Of a DNA stretch of 64,000 nucleotides, positions 20,802 through 29,330 are shown in pieces. The notes under the pieces were generated by a model that did no database searches, was not told the origin of the DNA, and saw only the letters and a list, made by a program, of their open reading frames with translations. A program made the translations under genes and the position numbers. Source of the stretch: a bacterium (GTDB lineage Bacteria > UBA8248); assembly GCA_965204535.1 (NCBI GenBank), contig OZ241996.1:1120001-1184000 (forward strand), written 5' to 3'. Position 1 is the stretch's first letter, and each line of letters opens with the position of its first letter.

Positions 20802-21260
20802 TTGGAATACGAAGCTACAGGCTTGTTTTATGAGGAATTCGAAGAGGGCAGGGCGTGGAAGACCGCCGCGCGCACGATAGGCGAGTCCGACGTCAACGCC
20901 TTCTCCGCCCTGACGGGCGATTACACTTACCTGCACACCGATGCGGAGGCGGCGGCCAGGACGCCTTTCGGAGAAAGGGTGGGCCACGGATTGCTCGGGC
21001 TTTCCTTTCTCATGGGTCTGGTGACGAGGCTCGGCATCGTCGAGGGGACGGTCGAGGCGTTCCTGGGCGTGGACTGGCGCTTTCGCGGTCCGATCCGCTT
21101 CGACGATACGATCTCGGGCGAGGTCGTCGTGAAATCGAGGCGCATCTCGAGCAAGGGGCAGGGGATTGTGACGCTCGCCCTGACGCTCCTGAACCAGCGC
21201 GGTGAGTGCATCCACGAGGGCGACGTCACTATCATGGTGGAGCGAAAGGAAAAAGGATAA
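20802..21260 (+). CDS. MaoC-like hotdog dehydratase
   Basis: FSALTGDYTYLHTD, FGERVGHG. Confidence 0.88.
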   Translation: MEYEATGLFYEEFEEGRAWKTAARTIGESDVNAFSALTGDYTYLHTDAEAAARTPFGERVGHGLLGLSFLMGLVTRLGIVEGTVEAFLGVDWRFRGPIRFDDTISGEVVVKSRRISSKGQGIVTLALTLLNQRGECIHEGDVTIMVERKEKG

Positions 21261-21436
21261 GTTCCGTTGTCTTTTTTATCAACTAGATAGACTGGTTATC
21301 CGAATGTACCTCTGGAAGTCAGGCGACACGTAATTCTCCGCAGGTCACCGGAGGAGAAAGGTCATATTTTCGGGCCGTTCGCAATTGTTCCCGTCTCGAT
21401 TCGCCATCGCTTTGTCCGATCAGGGAGGAGACGCCG

Positions 21437-22465
21437 ATGCGAGCCGTGGTTCTGCATGAATGGGGAGGTCCCCTGACGCTCGAAACGGTGCCCGACCCGG
21501 CGCCGGGCCACGGGGAGGTCGTGCTGCGCGTGCACGCCTGTGCGCCGGATCAGTTCGACGTGACCATCCGCGCGGGCCGAATCGGCGGCAAGCTGCCCCT
21601 CATCATGGGGCACGAGATCGCGGGCGAGGTGGCCGCACTCGGGCCGGGCGTCGAGGGATGGGCCGAGGGCGATCGCGCGGTCGTCCACGCCTATCTCACC
21701 TGCGGGCGGTGCCGCTTTTGCCGGTTCGGCCGGGTGACGCTGTGCGAGAATTTCGGGGGCTACTTCGGCGTGCACCAGGACGGCGGCTACGCCGAATACG
21801 TGCGGGTCCCGGCGGGGAACCTGTGCGCCATTCCCGATGGCGTGGGCTACGCCGAGGCCACGACCATCGTGAGCCCGGTGGCGACCCCGCTCAAGGCGAT
21901 CAAGACGCGCGCGGGCGTGAGACCCGGGGACGACGTGCTCATCGTCGGCGCCTGCGGCGGGGTGGGTATTCACGCCGTGCAGATCGCAAAAGCCTTCGGC
22001 GCGCGCGTGATCGCGGTGGACGTCGACGACGCCAAGCTCGCCCGGGCGCGGGAACTGGGCGCGGACCACTCGGTGAACGGCCTGAAGGAGGACTTCGCCG
22101 AGGTCGTGAGTGAGGTCACCGGCGGGGAGGGAGCGGACGCCGTGCTGGAGTTCGTCGGCACGGAGCAGACGCTGCCAAAGAGCTTCGCTTCGCTCGCGCG
22201 GACGGGCGTGTTGGTCGTCGTGGGTTTTCAGCCGGGCGCGGTTTTCGCGAGCGACCCCACCCGCTTCGTGAACGATGAGATCACGGTAACGGGTTCTCGC
22301 TACGTGAATCACGCGGAGTTGGCCGAGGCCGCCGACTGGGTCGGGTCGGGCCGGGTGAAGCCTGTCGTATCGAAGACGTACCCCCTGGCCGAGGTGGAGC
22401 GAGCGCTGGCCGACCTCTCGGAAAACAAGGTGGTCGGCCGCGCGCCGGTTCTGATCGATTCGTGA
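21437..22465 (+). CDS. Zn-dependent alcohol dehydrogenase (MDR)
   Basis: GHEIAG, CGRCRFC..C structural Zn site, GACGGVG. Confidence 0.9.
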   Translation: MRAVVLHEWGGPLTLETVPDPAPGHGEVVLRVHACAPDQFDVTIRAGRIGGKLPLIMGHEIAGEVAALGPGVEGWAEGDRAVVHAYLTCGRCRFCRFGRVTLCENFGGYFGVHQDGGYAEYVRVPAGNLCAIPDGVGYAEATTIVSPVATPLKAIKTRAGVRPGDDVLIVGACGGVGIHAVQIAKAFGARVIAVDVDDAKLARARELGADHSVNGLKEDFAEVVSEVTGGEGADAVLEFVGTEQTLPKSFASLARTGVLVVVGFQPGAVFASDPTRFVNDEITVTGSRYVNHAELAEAADWVGSGRVKPVVSKTYPLAEVERALADLSENKVVGRAPVLIDS

Positions 22466-22484
22466 GGTCAAACGCGAGCGAGGA

Positions 22485-22836
22485 GGGGATGTTGAAAAAG
22501 CTCCTTCGCCCTGAGCAGTGGCCCCGTTCGCCTCACCCTGAGTAGCGGCGAAGCCGCGTATCGAAGGGGCCTGTCCGAAACCCCCCATGCCTGTCCACAT
22601 TCGATTTTGACTGTCATTCCGGCGGTGGGATTCCGTCCGGCCGAAGGGGTGTAGGAGTCGCATACATGCGGCCCTGCTTTTTCGCCGTCAATACATGGGT
22701 CGCATGTATGTCGGACATATATGTCCCACATACACGGGATATTTCGGAATTCTCTGGATTCCGGCATTCGCCGGAATGACGGCGTTGGTTTTGCCAAGCC
22801 GTAGGGTGTAGGGGTCGTTCGCGAACGACCCCTACG
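22485..22836. repeat. Composite REP cluster between convergent genes
   Basis: ggggatgttgaaaaa start; gtaggagtcgcatacatgcggccc; tggattccggcattcgccggaatgacg; gtaggggtcgttcgcgaacgacccctac; shares units with 8193-8708. Confidence 0.85.
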
Positions 22837-22923
22837 AAAGCAAGACCTAAAAAACGCCATCTACAGCCGGAATGATGGGCGAAAGGGCATTGCCAAGGGA
22901 TTGGTGCCGCTCCTTCACACTGA

Positions 22924-23766
22924 TTACCCGACCGCCGGCGTCCAGTCGTAGATCCGCTGCAGGGCGCCTCCCATGAGAGTGGCGCGCTCCTCATCGCTCA
23001 GTCGGTCCGTGAGGCGGAACGGCGCCACGGCCTGCTCGTAAGTCAGCAGGTTGACCGCGCGCGTCCAGTCGGTGCCCCACAGGCAGCGGTCGAAACCGAA
23101 TGCGTCGAAGACTGTGAATAGCGGGTCCCAGATGTCGTCGTAGGGGTAGGGCTCGTGAGACAGCGTGCAGGCGCCGGTGACCTTCACTGCGACGTTTTCG
23201 TGATCCGCAAGCGCGAGGAGCTTAGGCAAGTCGGCGAAGGGCGCAGGTGGCACCGGCGGATAGAAGGGCTGCTCCAGACCTAAGTGATCGACCACCAGCA
23301 TCGCGCTCGGGTGCTCGCGCGCATACCGCGCGAAATGCTCCAGCAAGCCCCAGCCCATGAGGTTGACCGGCATGGAGGCGCGGGCGGCGGCGGCGAGAAC
23401 GCTGTCGATTCCCGGATGCTCGGGGTCGAGGCCGGGGCCGGGGTTCAGCATGATCCGCACTCCCACCGTCCCCTCCAGCGCGGCCCACTCGGAGATCGTC
23501 TCCGCCACGGCGGGGTCGGTCGGGTCGACCGGCTTGATCAGGGCGAACCGGCCCGGATGTGCGGCATGGACTTCCAGCGCATAGGAGGCGTCGTAGCGGT
23601 AGAGCGCGAACGGCGAGATGAGCACGGCGGCGTCGACGCCGACCGCATCCATGGCCGCGGCCATGGCCTCACCGGTGACCTCGGGCGGTCCCGGCAGAGT
23701 ACCGGCCCACGGCCGCCCTGGATGATCTTTCTCATAGGCGTGGACCTGAGCGTCTATCGTCAGCAT
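22924..23766 (-). CDS. Amidohydrolase_2 family lactonase-like protein
   Basis: IDAQVH, VVDHLG, WGTDW. Confidence 0.85.
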   Translation of the reverse strand: MLTIDAQVHAYEKDHPGRPWAGTLPGPPEVTGEAMAAAMDAVGVDAAVLISPFALYRYDASYALEVHAAHPGRFALIKPVDPTDPAVAETISEWAALEGTVGVRIMLNPGPGLDPEHPGIDSVLAAAARASMPVNLMGWGLLEHFARYAREHPSAMLVVDHLGLEQPFYPPVPPAPFADLPKLLALADHENVAVKVTGACTLSHEPYPYDDIWDPLFTVFDAFGFDRCLWGTDWTRAVNLLTYEQAVAPFRLTDRLSDEERATLMGGALQRIYDWTPAVG

Positions 23767-23888
23767 GGCTTACGTCTCCGGGTTGGCGGGCAAGGGCGCC
23801 ATGATTCCGTTGCGCTACGCTACCACATCGGCCATTTTCGCCGCTATGCCCTGTGAGCGCCTCACACCCCGCCGGGGCATCGCCTCTA

Positions 23889-23980
23889 CCCCCCTGACAA
23901 GGGGGGACCCAGGGGGGTGCTTTTTCAGTCGAGAGGGGTGTCCTTTCTGCCCCCTAAAAAGGGGGCTTTTTCAACAATCC
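23889..23980. repeat. C/G-run palindromic repeat unit (copy 2)
   Basis: cccccctgacaagggggg ... gctttttcaacaatcc, similar to 12051-12118. Confidence 0.7.
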
Positions 23981-24032
23981 CGAGGAGCGAGTGTTTGCGC
24001 CTTTCCCGACCGAGGAGAGAGGAAATGTGCGC

Positions 24033-24275
24033 CTATCCCCCCACGATAGGCGGGAACACGCAAAGTTCCGACCCTGCGGGTATCACGACGGATTTCTTGG
24101 CGTGCCGCCCGTCGAGCAGGACGATATAGGCTTCTTCATAAGGTATCTCGAAGCGGTCGAGCACGTCGTATATGCTGGCGCCCTCGGGCAGCGTGATTTC
24201 GGCGGTGCCCTCCGCATCCTGTTCGGCTGGCATCTTCTCCGCGAAATCGGCGAACAGTTTGATACGGATCTTCAT
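24033..24275 (-). CDS. MoaD/ThiS-family ubiquitin-like sulfur carrier
   Basis: MKIRIKLFADF...VFPPIVGG C-terminal di-Gly. Confidence 0.9.
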   Translation of the reverse strand: MKIRIKLFADFAEKMPAEQDAEGTAEITLPEGASIYDVLDRFEIPYEEAYIVLLDGRHAKKSVVIPAGSELCVFPPIVGG

Positions 24276-24344
24276 AGACAGCCTCTCGATTCTTTCTTCC
24301 CGGGGCTGCACTGCGCCTCGCGCATCATCTGTGAATGTGGATCT

Positions 24345-25583
24345 TCAAGATCCGCTCCCCGTCAATTCCCTCGCGCGAGCGAAGGCCGCCTCGATCACCT
24401 GTTTGAGGGGAACCCCGCTCTCCTCCGCCAGGCGCCTGCAGTCCTCGTATTCGGGCGCGAGATTCGTGAGGGCGCCCTCGAAGGTTCCCTTCTTGACGCG
24501 CACCCGGCCCCAGGGGAGGTCAACCTCCATCCATTCGCGCTCGGCGACCGCGCGACCCGTCGTGCGGCGGCGAACGCCTAGGGTCGACGTTTCGCGGAAC
24601 AGGAAGCGGGTCAAGGCGTCTTGTTTCGCCAGGGAACTTAAAAGCGTGAGCAGTTGTCCGGGCCTTCCCTTCTTGCCCGTCACGGGTATGGAGAATGCAT
24701 CGAGCGCGCCCGCCTTAAGCGCCCCTTCGATGACGTGCGGGAACAGTTCGGGGCTCATGTCGTCGATGTTGGCTTCGAGCACGGCGATGGTGGCGGGCGG
24801 CCTGTCGCCTACGGCGCCCGCCTCGCTTTCTCCCAGAAAGGCGCGAACGACGTTGGGGGTGTTTGGCTGGTCCTTGTCCCCCGCACCGTAGCCCACCCGC
24901 GCTATCGTCATCTCGGGCATGGGGCCGAAAAATTCCGCGCTCTCGGTGAGCAGCAAGGCCCCCGTGGGGGTCAGGGTCTCGCCTTCGAGGTCGCTCTGCG
25001 CCACGGGCGCGCCTTCGAGCAGCTTGGCGGTCGCGGGTGCGGGAACCGGCATCCGTCCGTGCGCGCATTGGACGAACCCGCTCCCCACCGGCAGGGGAGA
25101 GGCCGCCACCCGCTCGACGCCCAGCATGTGGAGACCCAGAAAATAGCCCGTGACGTCGATGATGGAATCAATCGCGCCGACCTCATGGAAATGAACCGCG
25201 TCGACCTCGACTCCGTGAATGCCCGCCTCCACGACGCCCAGGCGGTAAAACGCCGAGATGGCGCGGTTTTTGGGAGCCTCTGGTATCGGCGCATTTTCGA
25301 GGATTTCCCGAATCTGGCTGTAGGAGCGGCCATGGTGATCCGCGCCGTGGGAGTCGTCTCCTTCATGGTGATGATGGTGTGCTTCATGGGTGATGTTTAC
25401 CCTGAATTTTTGGGATGTAACGCCTTGTTTCAAAACGCTATCAGTGGAAAGGAAATAGCCGCCGATTTCCAGCTTCGCGAGTTCCTCTTCCAGGGCCGCG
25501 AAGTCCAGCCCCAAGTCTATCAGGGCACCCACGAGCATATCCCCGGCGGCGCCCGCGAAGCAGTCGAAGTAGATCGTCTTCAT
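24345..25583 (-). CDS. larC: Nickel pincer cofactor nickel insertase
   Basis: YFDCFAGAAGDM, His-rich tract, HFHEVGAIDSIID, TPTG, EANIDD, PEYEDC. Confidence 0.93.
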   Translation of the reverse strand: MKTIYFDCFAGAAGDMLVGALIDLGLDFAALEEELAKLEIGGYFLSTDSVLKQGVTSQKFRVNITHEAHHHHHEGDDSHGADHHGRSYSQIREILENAPIPEAPKNRAISAFYRLGVVEAGIHGVEVDAVHFHEVGAIDSIIDVTGYFLGLHMLGVERVAASPLPVGSGFVQCAHGRMPVPAPATAKLLEGAPVAQSDLEGETLTPTGALLLTESAEFFGPMPEMTIARVGYGAGDKDQPNTPNVVRAFLGESEAGAVGDRPPATIAVLEANIDDMSPELFPHVIEGALKAGALDAFSIPVTGKKGRPGQLLTLLSSLAKQDALTRFLFRETSTLGVRRRTTGRAVAEREWMEVDLPWGRVRVKKGTFEGALTNLAPEYEDCRRLAEESGVPLKQVIEAAFARARELTGSGS

Positions 25584-26338
25584 GAGCCGGCCGTTTGTCT
25601 GTTGATGAGGTGCGCCTGACAGGCCGCGCCGAATCCGTTGTCGATGTTCACCACGCTCAAGCCCGAAGCGCATGAGTTCAGCATGGCGAACAGCGCCGTA
25701 AGCCCGCCCAGGTTCGCGCCGTAGCCCACCGAGGTGGGCACCGCGATGACCGGGCATGACACCAGCCCTGCGACCACAGACGGCAGGGCGCCCTCCATCC
25801 CCGCCACGGCGATGACGGTGTTCGCCTCGCGCAAGGTCTCGACTTCCGCCAGGAGGCGGTGCAGGCCCGCCACGCCCACGTCGTAGACGCGCGTCACCTC
25901 CGAGCCCAGCACCCGCGCGGTCACCGCCGCCTCCTCGGCGACGGGCATGTCGGAGGTGCCCGCACAAACGACCGCGATGGAACCGACAAGAGCGGGCGGA
26001 TTTTCGCAAGGGATTTCGACGATGCGTGCGGTTTCATGGTGATTCGCGCGTGGGGAGAGTTCGAGCAGGGCTTCGGCCTGCTCCGCGCCCGCATGCGTGA
26101 CCATGACGGTCTGATCCTTCGCCATCAGGCTCCTGGCGATTTCGACGACCTGTTCCCTGGTTTTGCCCGCGCCGAAGATGACTTCGGGAAAGCCGTTCCT
26201 CAAGGCGCGGTGATGATCCACCCGCGTGTGGCCCAAGTCCTCGAAAGGCAGGTCGCGAAGACGCGCGGCGGCCTCATCGGGCGCGAGGCGGCCTCCTTTC
26301 ACCTGCTCCAGCAGATCACGGATGAGTTCTGGGTTCAC
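25580..26338 (-). CDS. larB: NaAD carboxylase/hydrolase
   Basis: PEVIFGAGKT, AGTSD..VAEEA, DVGVAGLHR, AGMEGAL, PTSVGYG, VVNIDNGFGAA. Confidence 0.95.
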   Translation of the reverse strand: MNPELIRDLLEQVKGGRLAPDEAAARLRDLPFEDLGHTRVDHHRALRNGFPEVIFGAGKTREQVVEIARSLMAKDQTVMVTHAGAEQAEALLELSPRANHHETARIVEIPCENPPALVGSIAVVCAGTSDMPVAEEAAVTARVLGSEVTRVYDVGVAGLHRLLAEVETLREANTVIAVAGMEGALPSVVAGLVSCPVIAVPTSVGYGANLGGLTALFAMLNSCASGLSVVNIDNGFGAACQAHLINRQTAGS

Positions 26339-27183
26339 GAGAGGATGAGCAGATCGGAGTCGCGCTCGGTTTTAAGCACTTCGTTCATGCTCCCCGAGCG
26401 GAATCCTTCGAGATCGATGGTCACGTAGATGAAGCCGGCCTCTTTCATCCGGGCGATCACTTGCTGTGCGATTTCATCGTCCACCAGCCGCGCGATGTCG
26501 GTATTCGGCACCTCGATTCTGGCGACGTCGCCGTGGTGGCGCACCCGCAACTGCCGGAAGCCCAGCTCCCGCAAGCCGCTTTCCGCCTTTTCGACCTGGG
26601 CGATCTTCTCGGGCGTGATGCGGTCGCCGTAAGGGAAGCGGCTCGAGAGGCACGCCTGCGCCGGCTTATCCCAGGTGGGGAGGCCGAAGGATTGGGAAAG
26701 GGTTCGGATGTCCTCTTTCGTCATCCCGACTTCCATGAGCGGACTTCGCACGCCCAGTTCCCGCGCCGCCTGCATGCCGGGGCGGTGATCGCCCACGTCG
26801 TCGGCGTTCGAGCCGTCGACGATCACGGCCATCTTCTCTTCGGCAGCCACGCGGCTCAAGACGGAATAGAGCTCGTTCTTGCAGAAATAACAGCGATTCG
26901 GCGGGTTGTTCCCGAATGATTCATCCGCTATCTCGTCGGTGTCGACGATGAGGTGGCGAATCCCGATTTGAGCTGCGAGTGCGCGCGATTCTTCGAGTTC
27001 GGATGCGGCCAGGGTGACGGAGCGGCCCGTGACGGCGAGCGTGCCTGAGCCCAGGACGTCATAAGCCGCTTTGGCCAGAAAGGTGCTGTCCACCCCCGCC
27101 GAGAACGCGACCAGAACACTTCCCATCTCTTCGAGGGTTCGTTCGAGTCTTTTGAGTTTCACGTCGGGCTTCGCATCGCTCAA
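26335..27183 (-). CDS. larE: ATP-dependent sulfur transferase
   Basis: PP-loop AFSAGVDS, RCYFCK, ACLSSRFPYG, GFRSGS. Confidence 0.94.
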   Translation of the reverse strand: MSDAKPDVKLKRLERTLEEMGSVLVAFSAGVDSTFLAKAAYDVLGSGTLAVTGRSVTLAASELEESRALAAQIGIRHLIVDTDEIADESFGNNPPNRCYFCKNELYSVLSRVAAEEKMAVIVDGSNADDVGDHRPGMQAARELGVRSPLMEVGMTKEDIRTLSQSFGLPTWDKPAQACLSSRFPYGDRITPEKIAQVEKAESGLRELGFRQLRVRHHGDVARIEVPNTDIARLVDDEIAQQVIARMKEAGFIYVTIDLEGFRSGSMNEVLKTERDSDLLILS

Positions 27184-27412
27184 GATGAGTCTCCGTTCGA
27201 CGGCTTGTTCCGCATATTCTAGCCCGTCCCGCTCTCTGAGGGCAACGCATCGACATTCAGGGCGCTATGGCGTATGACGACCTCCGGTTACCGGGCGGGC
27301 GGATGCCGCGAGCGCCCCTGATCGCCGGGGTGTGGCCAAATCGCACTGAATAGTCTATATGTTCGCCGTTCGGGGAGTTCAGGACGAGGACGATAAAAAG
27401 AGGGGTGAGGTC

Positions 27413-28501
27413 TTGGACGTGGAAGAGTTGTTGAGAAAGGGCGTCTCGTCGCTCAAGGCGTATGTGCCGGGGCGCTCCATCGAGGAGGTGGCCGCCGAGT
27501 ACGGGCTGAGCGAGGTCGTCAAGCTCGCCAGCAACGAGAATGCGCTCGGCCCCACGCCAAGCGCAGTGGATGCGATTCGCGGCGCGCTCGACGGCCTGCA
27601 CCGCTATCCCGACGGCGGGGCGAAGGCGCTGGCGGGGCACCTGGCGCAGAAACTGGGCGTCTCCCCGGCCTGCGTGTTCATGGGAAACGGGGGCGACGAC
27701 GTTCTCTCCGTATTGAGCAGGACGTTTCTGAACGAAGGCGACGAGGTGGTCATCCCCCAGCCCACCTTCAGCCCATATGCGCACGTGAGCCGGGTGATGG
27801 GCGCGCAGGTCATTTTCTCGCCCCTGCGCGACATGCGAATCGATTTGGACGACGTTCTCGCCAGGGTTTCAGGGCGCACGAAAATCATATTCCTCTGCTC
27901 ACCGAACAACCCCACGGGCGGGATTTTGACCGAAGGCGAGCTCGTCGCCTTTCTCGAAAAACTGCCCGAAGGCCTCTTGGTGCTCCTGGATGAGGCCTAT
28001 GGCGATTTCGCGGACGATCCTTCGTATCCCGACAGTGTCTCCATGATCGAGCGCTTCCCACTCGTCGTCCTGCGCTCGTTCTCGAAAATCTACGGTCTGG
28101 CGGGACTGCGTGTGGGATTCGCCGTGAGCCGGGAGGGTGTCGTCGAGTACATGAACCGCGTTCGCGAACCATTCAACGTGAATCAGCTCGCGCAGGCGGC
28201 GGCCCTGGCCGCGCTGGAAGACGACGGCTACAAGGAACGCGCCGTCACGCTGGTGCGCGAGGGCAAGGAGGCGCTCTATGTGGTGTTCGGCGAGATGGGG
28301 CTCGAATACGTCGAAAGCCAAGCCAATTTCATCTTCGTGCGCGTGGGCGAGGGCGACGCGGTGACCGGCGCTCTGATGCGCGAGGGCGTCATCGTTCGCC
28401 CCGGCAGCGCTTTCGGGCATCCCGAATGGATTCGCGTCTCCGTCGGACTCCCCGGGGAGAATGAGCGCTTTCTCTCGAAGCTCAAGGATTTTCTTGCCTG
28501 A
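27413..28501 (+). CDS. hisC: Histidinol-phosphate aminotransferase
   Basis: YVPG, KLASNEN, SPNNPTG, DEAY, RSFSKIYGLAGLRVG; start TTG 27413 or GTG 27419. Confidence 0.93.
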   Translation: MDVEELLRKGVSSLKAYVPGRSIEEVAAEYGLSEVVKLASNENALGPTPSAVDAIRGALDGLHRYPDGGAKALAGHLAQKLGVSPACVFMGNGGDDVLSVLSRTFLNEGDEVVIPQPTFSPYAHVSRVMGAQVIFSPLRDMRIDLDDVLARVSGRTKIIFLCSPNNPTGGILTEGELVAFLEKLPEGLLVLLDEAYGDFADDPSYPDSVSMIERFPLVVLRSFSKIYGLAGLRVGFAVSREGVVEYMNRVREPFNVNQLAQAAALAALEDDGYKERAVTLVREGKEALYVVFGEMGLEYVESQANFIFVRVGEGDAVTGALMREGVIVRPGSAFGHPEWIRVSVGLPGENERFLSKLKDFLA

Positions 28502-28687
28502 AGCCGTTTCAAGCGGCGGAATCAGGAAAAGAGTATACGCACGTTCTCCGGGTCGGGGCTGATTGCAGGAGACGCATGTGGGGTTGTTGAAAAGCCACAT
28601 CGCAGGATAAATCGCGACAGAAGAAAAAGAAATCTTGCCGAGAACAGGTCGCGCTACTAGACCTTCCCGGAGCGTATCTGAAAATAG

Positions 28688-28733
28688 GAACCCCCCGACG
28701 CCGGAGATTTTCACCTCCGGCGTCGGGGGGTTC
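28688..28733 (-). terminator. Long hairpin downstream of hup
   Basis: gaaccccccgacgccggag-attttcac-ctccggcgtcggggggttc 19-bp stem. Confidence 0.75.
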
Positions 28734-28779
28734 GCTCTATCGGATGATTCTTGTCCGAAGCGTCCTCAAAAGTCGGCGT

Positions 28780-29055
28780 TTATTTGTTCACAGCGTCTTT
28801 GAGGCTCTTGCCTGCGGAGAACTTGGGCGCCTTGCTCGCCTTGATCGAGATTGTCTCGCCCGTTTGCGGGTTGCGTCCCGTGCGCGCAGACCGCCGGGAA
28901 ACGGAAAAAGTCCCGAATCCGACAAGGGAAACGCGATTCCCTTTTTTCAGGGCTTGCGTCACGGAATCAAGCAAGGATTTCAGCGCCCGGTCCGCCGCAG
29001 CTTTTGATATGCCGGCATCCCCGGCGATTTTTTCTACCAGATCGGATCTCTGCAT
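28780..29055 (-). CDS. hup: DNA-binding protein HU
   Basis: [29 protein letters not shown]. Confidence 0.96.
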   Translation of the reverse strand: MQRSDLVEKIAGDAGISKAAADRALKSLLDSVTQALKKGNRVSLVGFGTFSVSRRSARTGRNPQTGETISIKASKAPKFSAGKSLKDAVNK

Positions 29056-29330
29056 GGGGGTTCTCCCACTTTCAATGACGGGCCTTAACAAAAAATTGGT
29101 AGTCCAAAAGTTTTTCTAAAGAGACGTAGCAATCTATCGTAGCCGCGCAGAGAGGTCAATAGAGAACATGGCGAAGAGCGGGATTTTTTATCAAGAGGCG
29201 AGAGTTTATGTGTATAAGTATTTTTATATCAATTGCTTAGAAAGTCAAAAAAACTTTGCCGAAACTTGAAAGCAGGGAGCGCTCGCGTTTTCGTTGTTTC
29301 GTGCAATTTTCGCTCGATGGATGCTTCGAA

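Noticed and set aside
3830-23980. Repeated palindromes as a CRISPR array
   Set aside because: No regularly spaced direct repeats with unique spacers and no cas genes; units are inverted REP-like pairs
24345-26009. 554-aa LarC with N-terminal extension
   Set aside because: Extension is an alternative frame of larB; real start is ATG 25583
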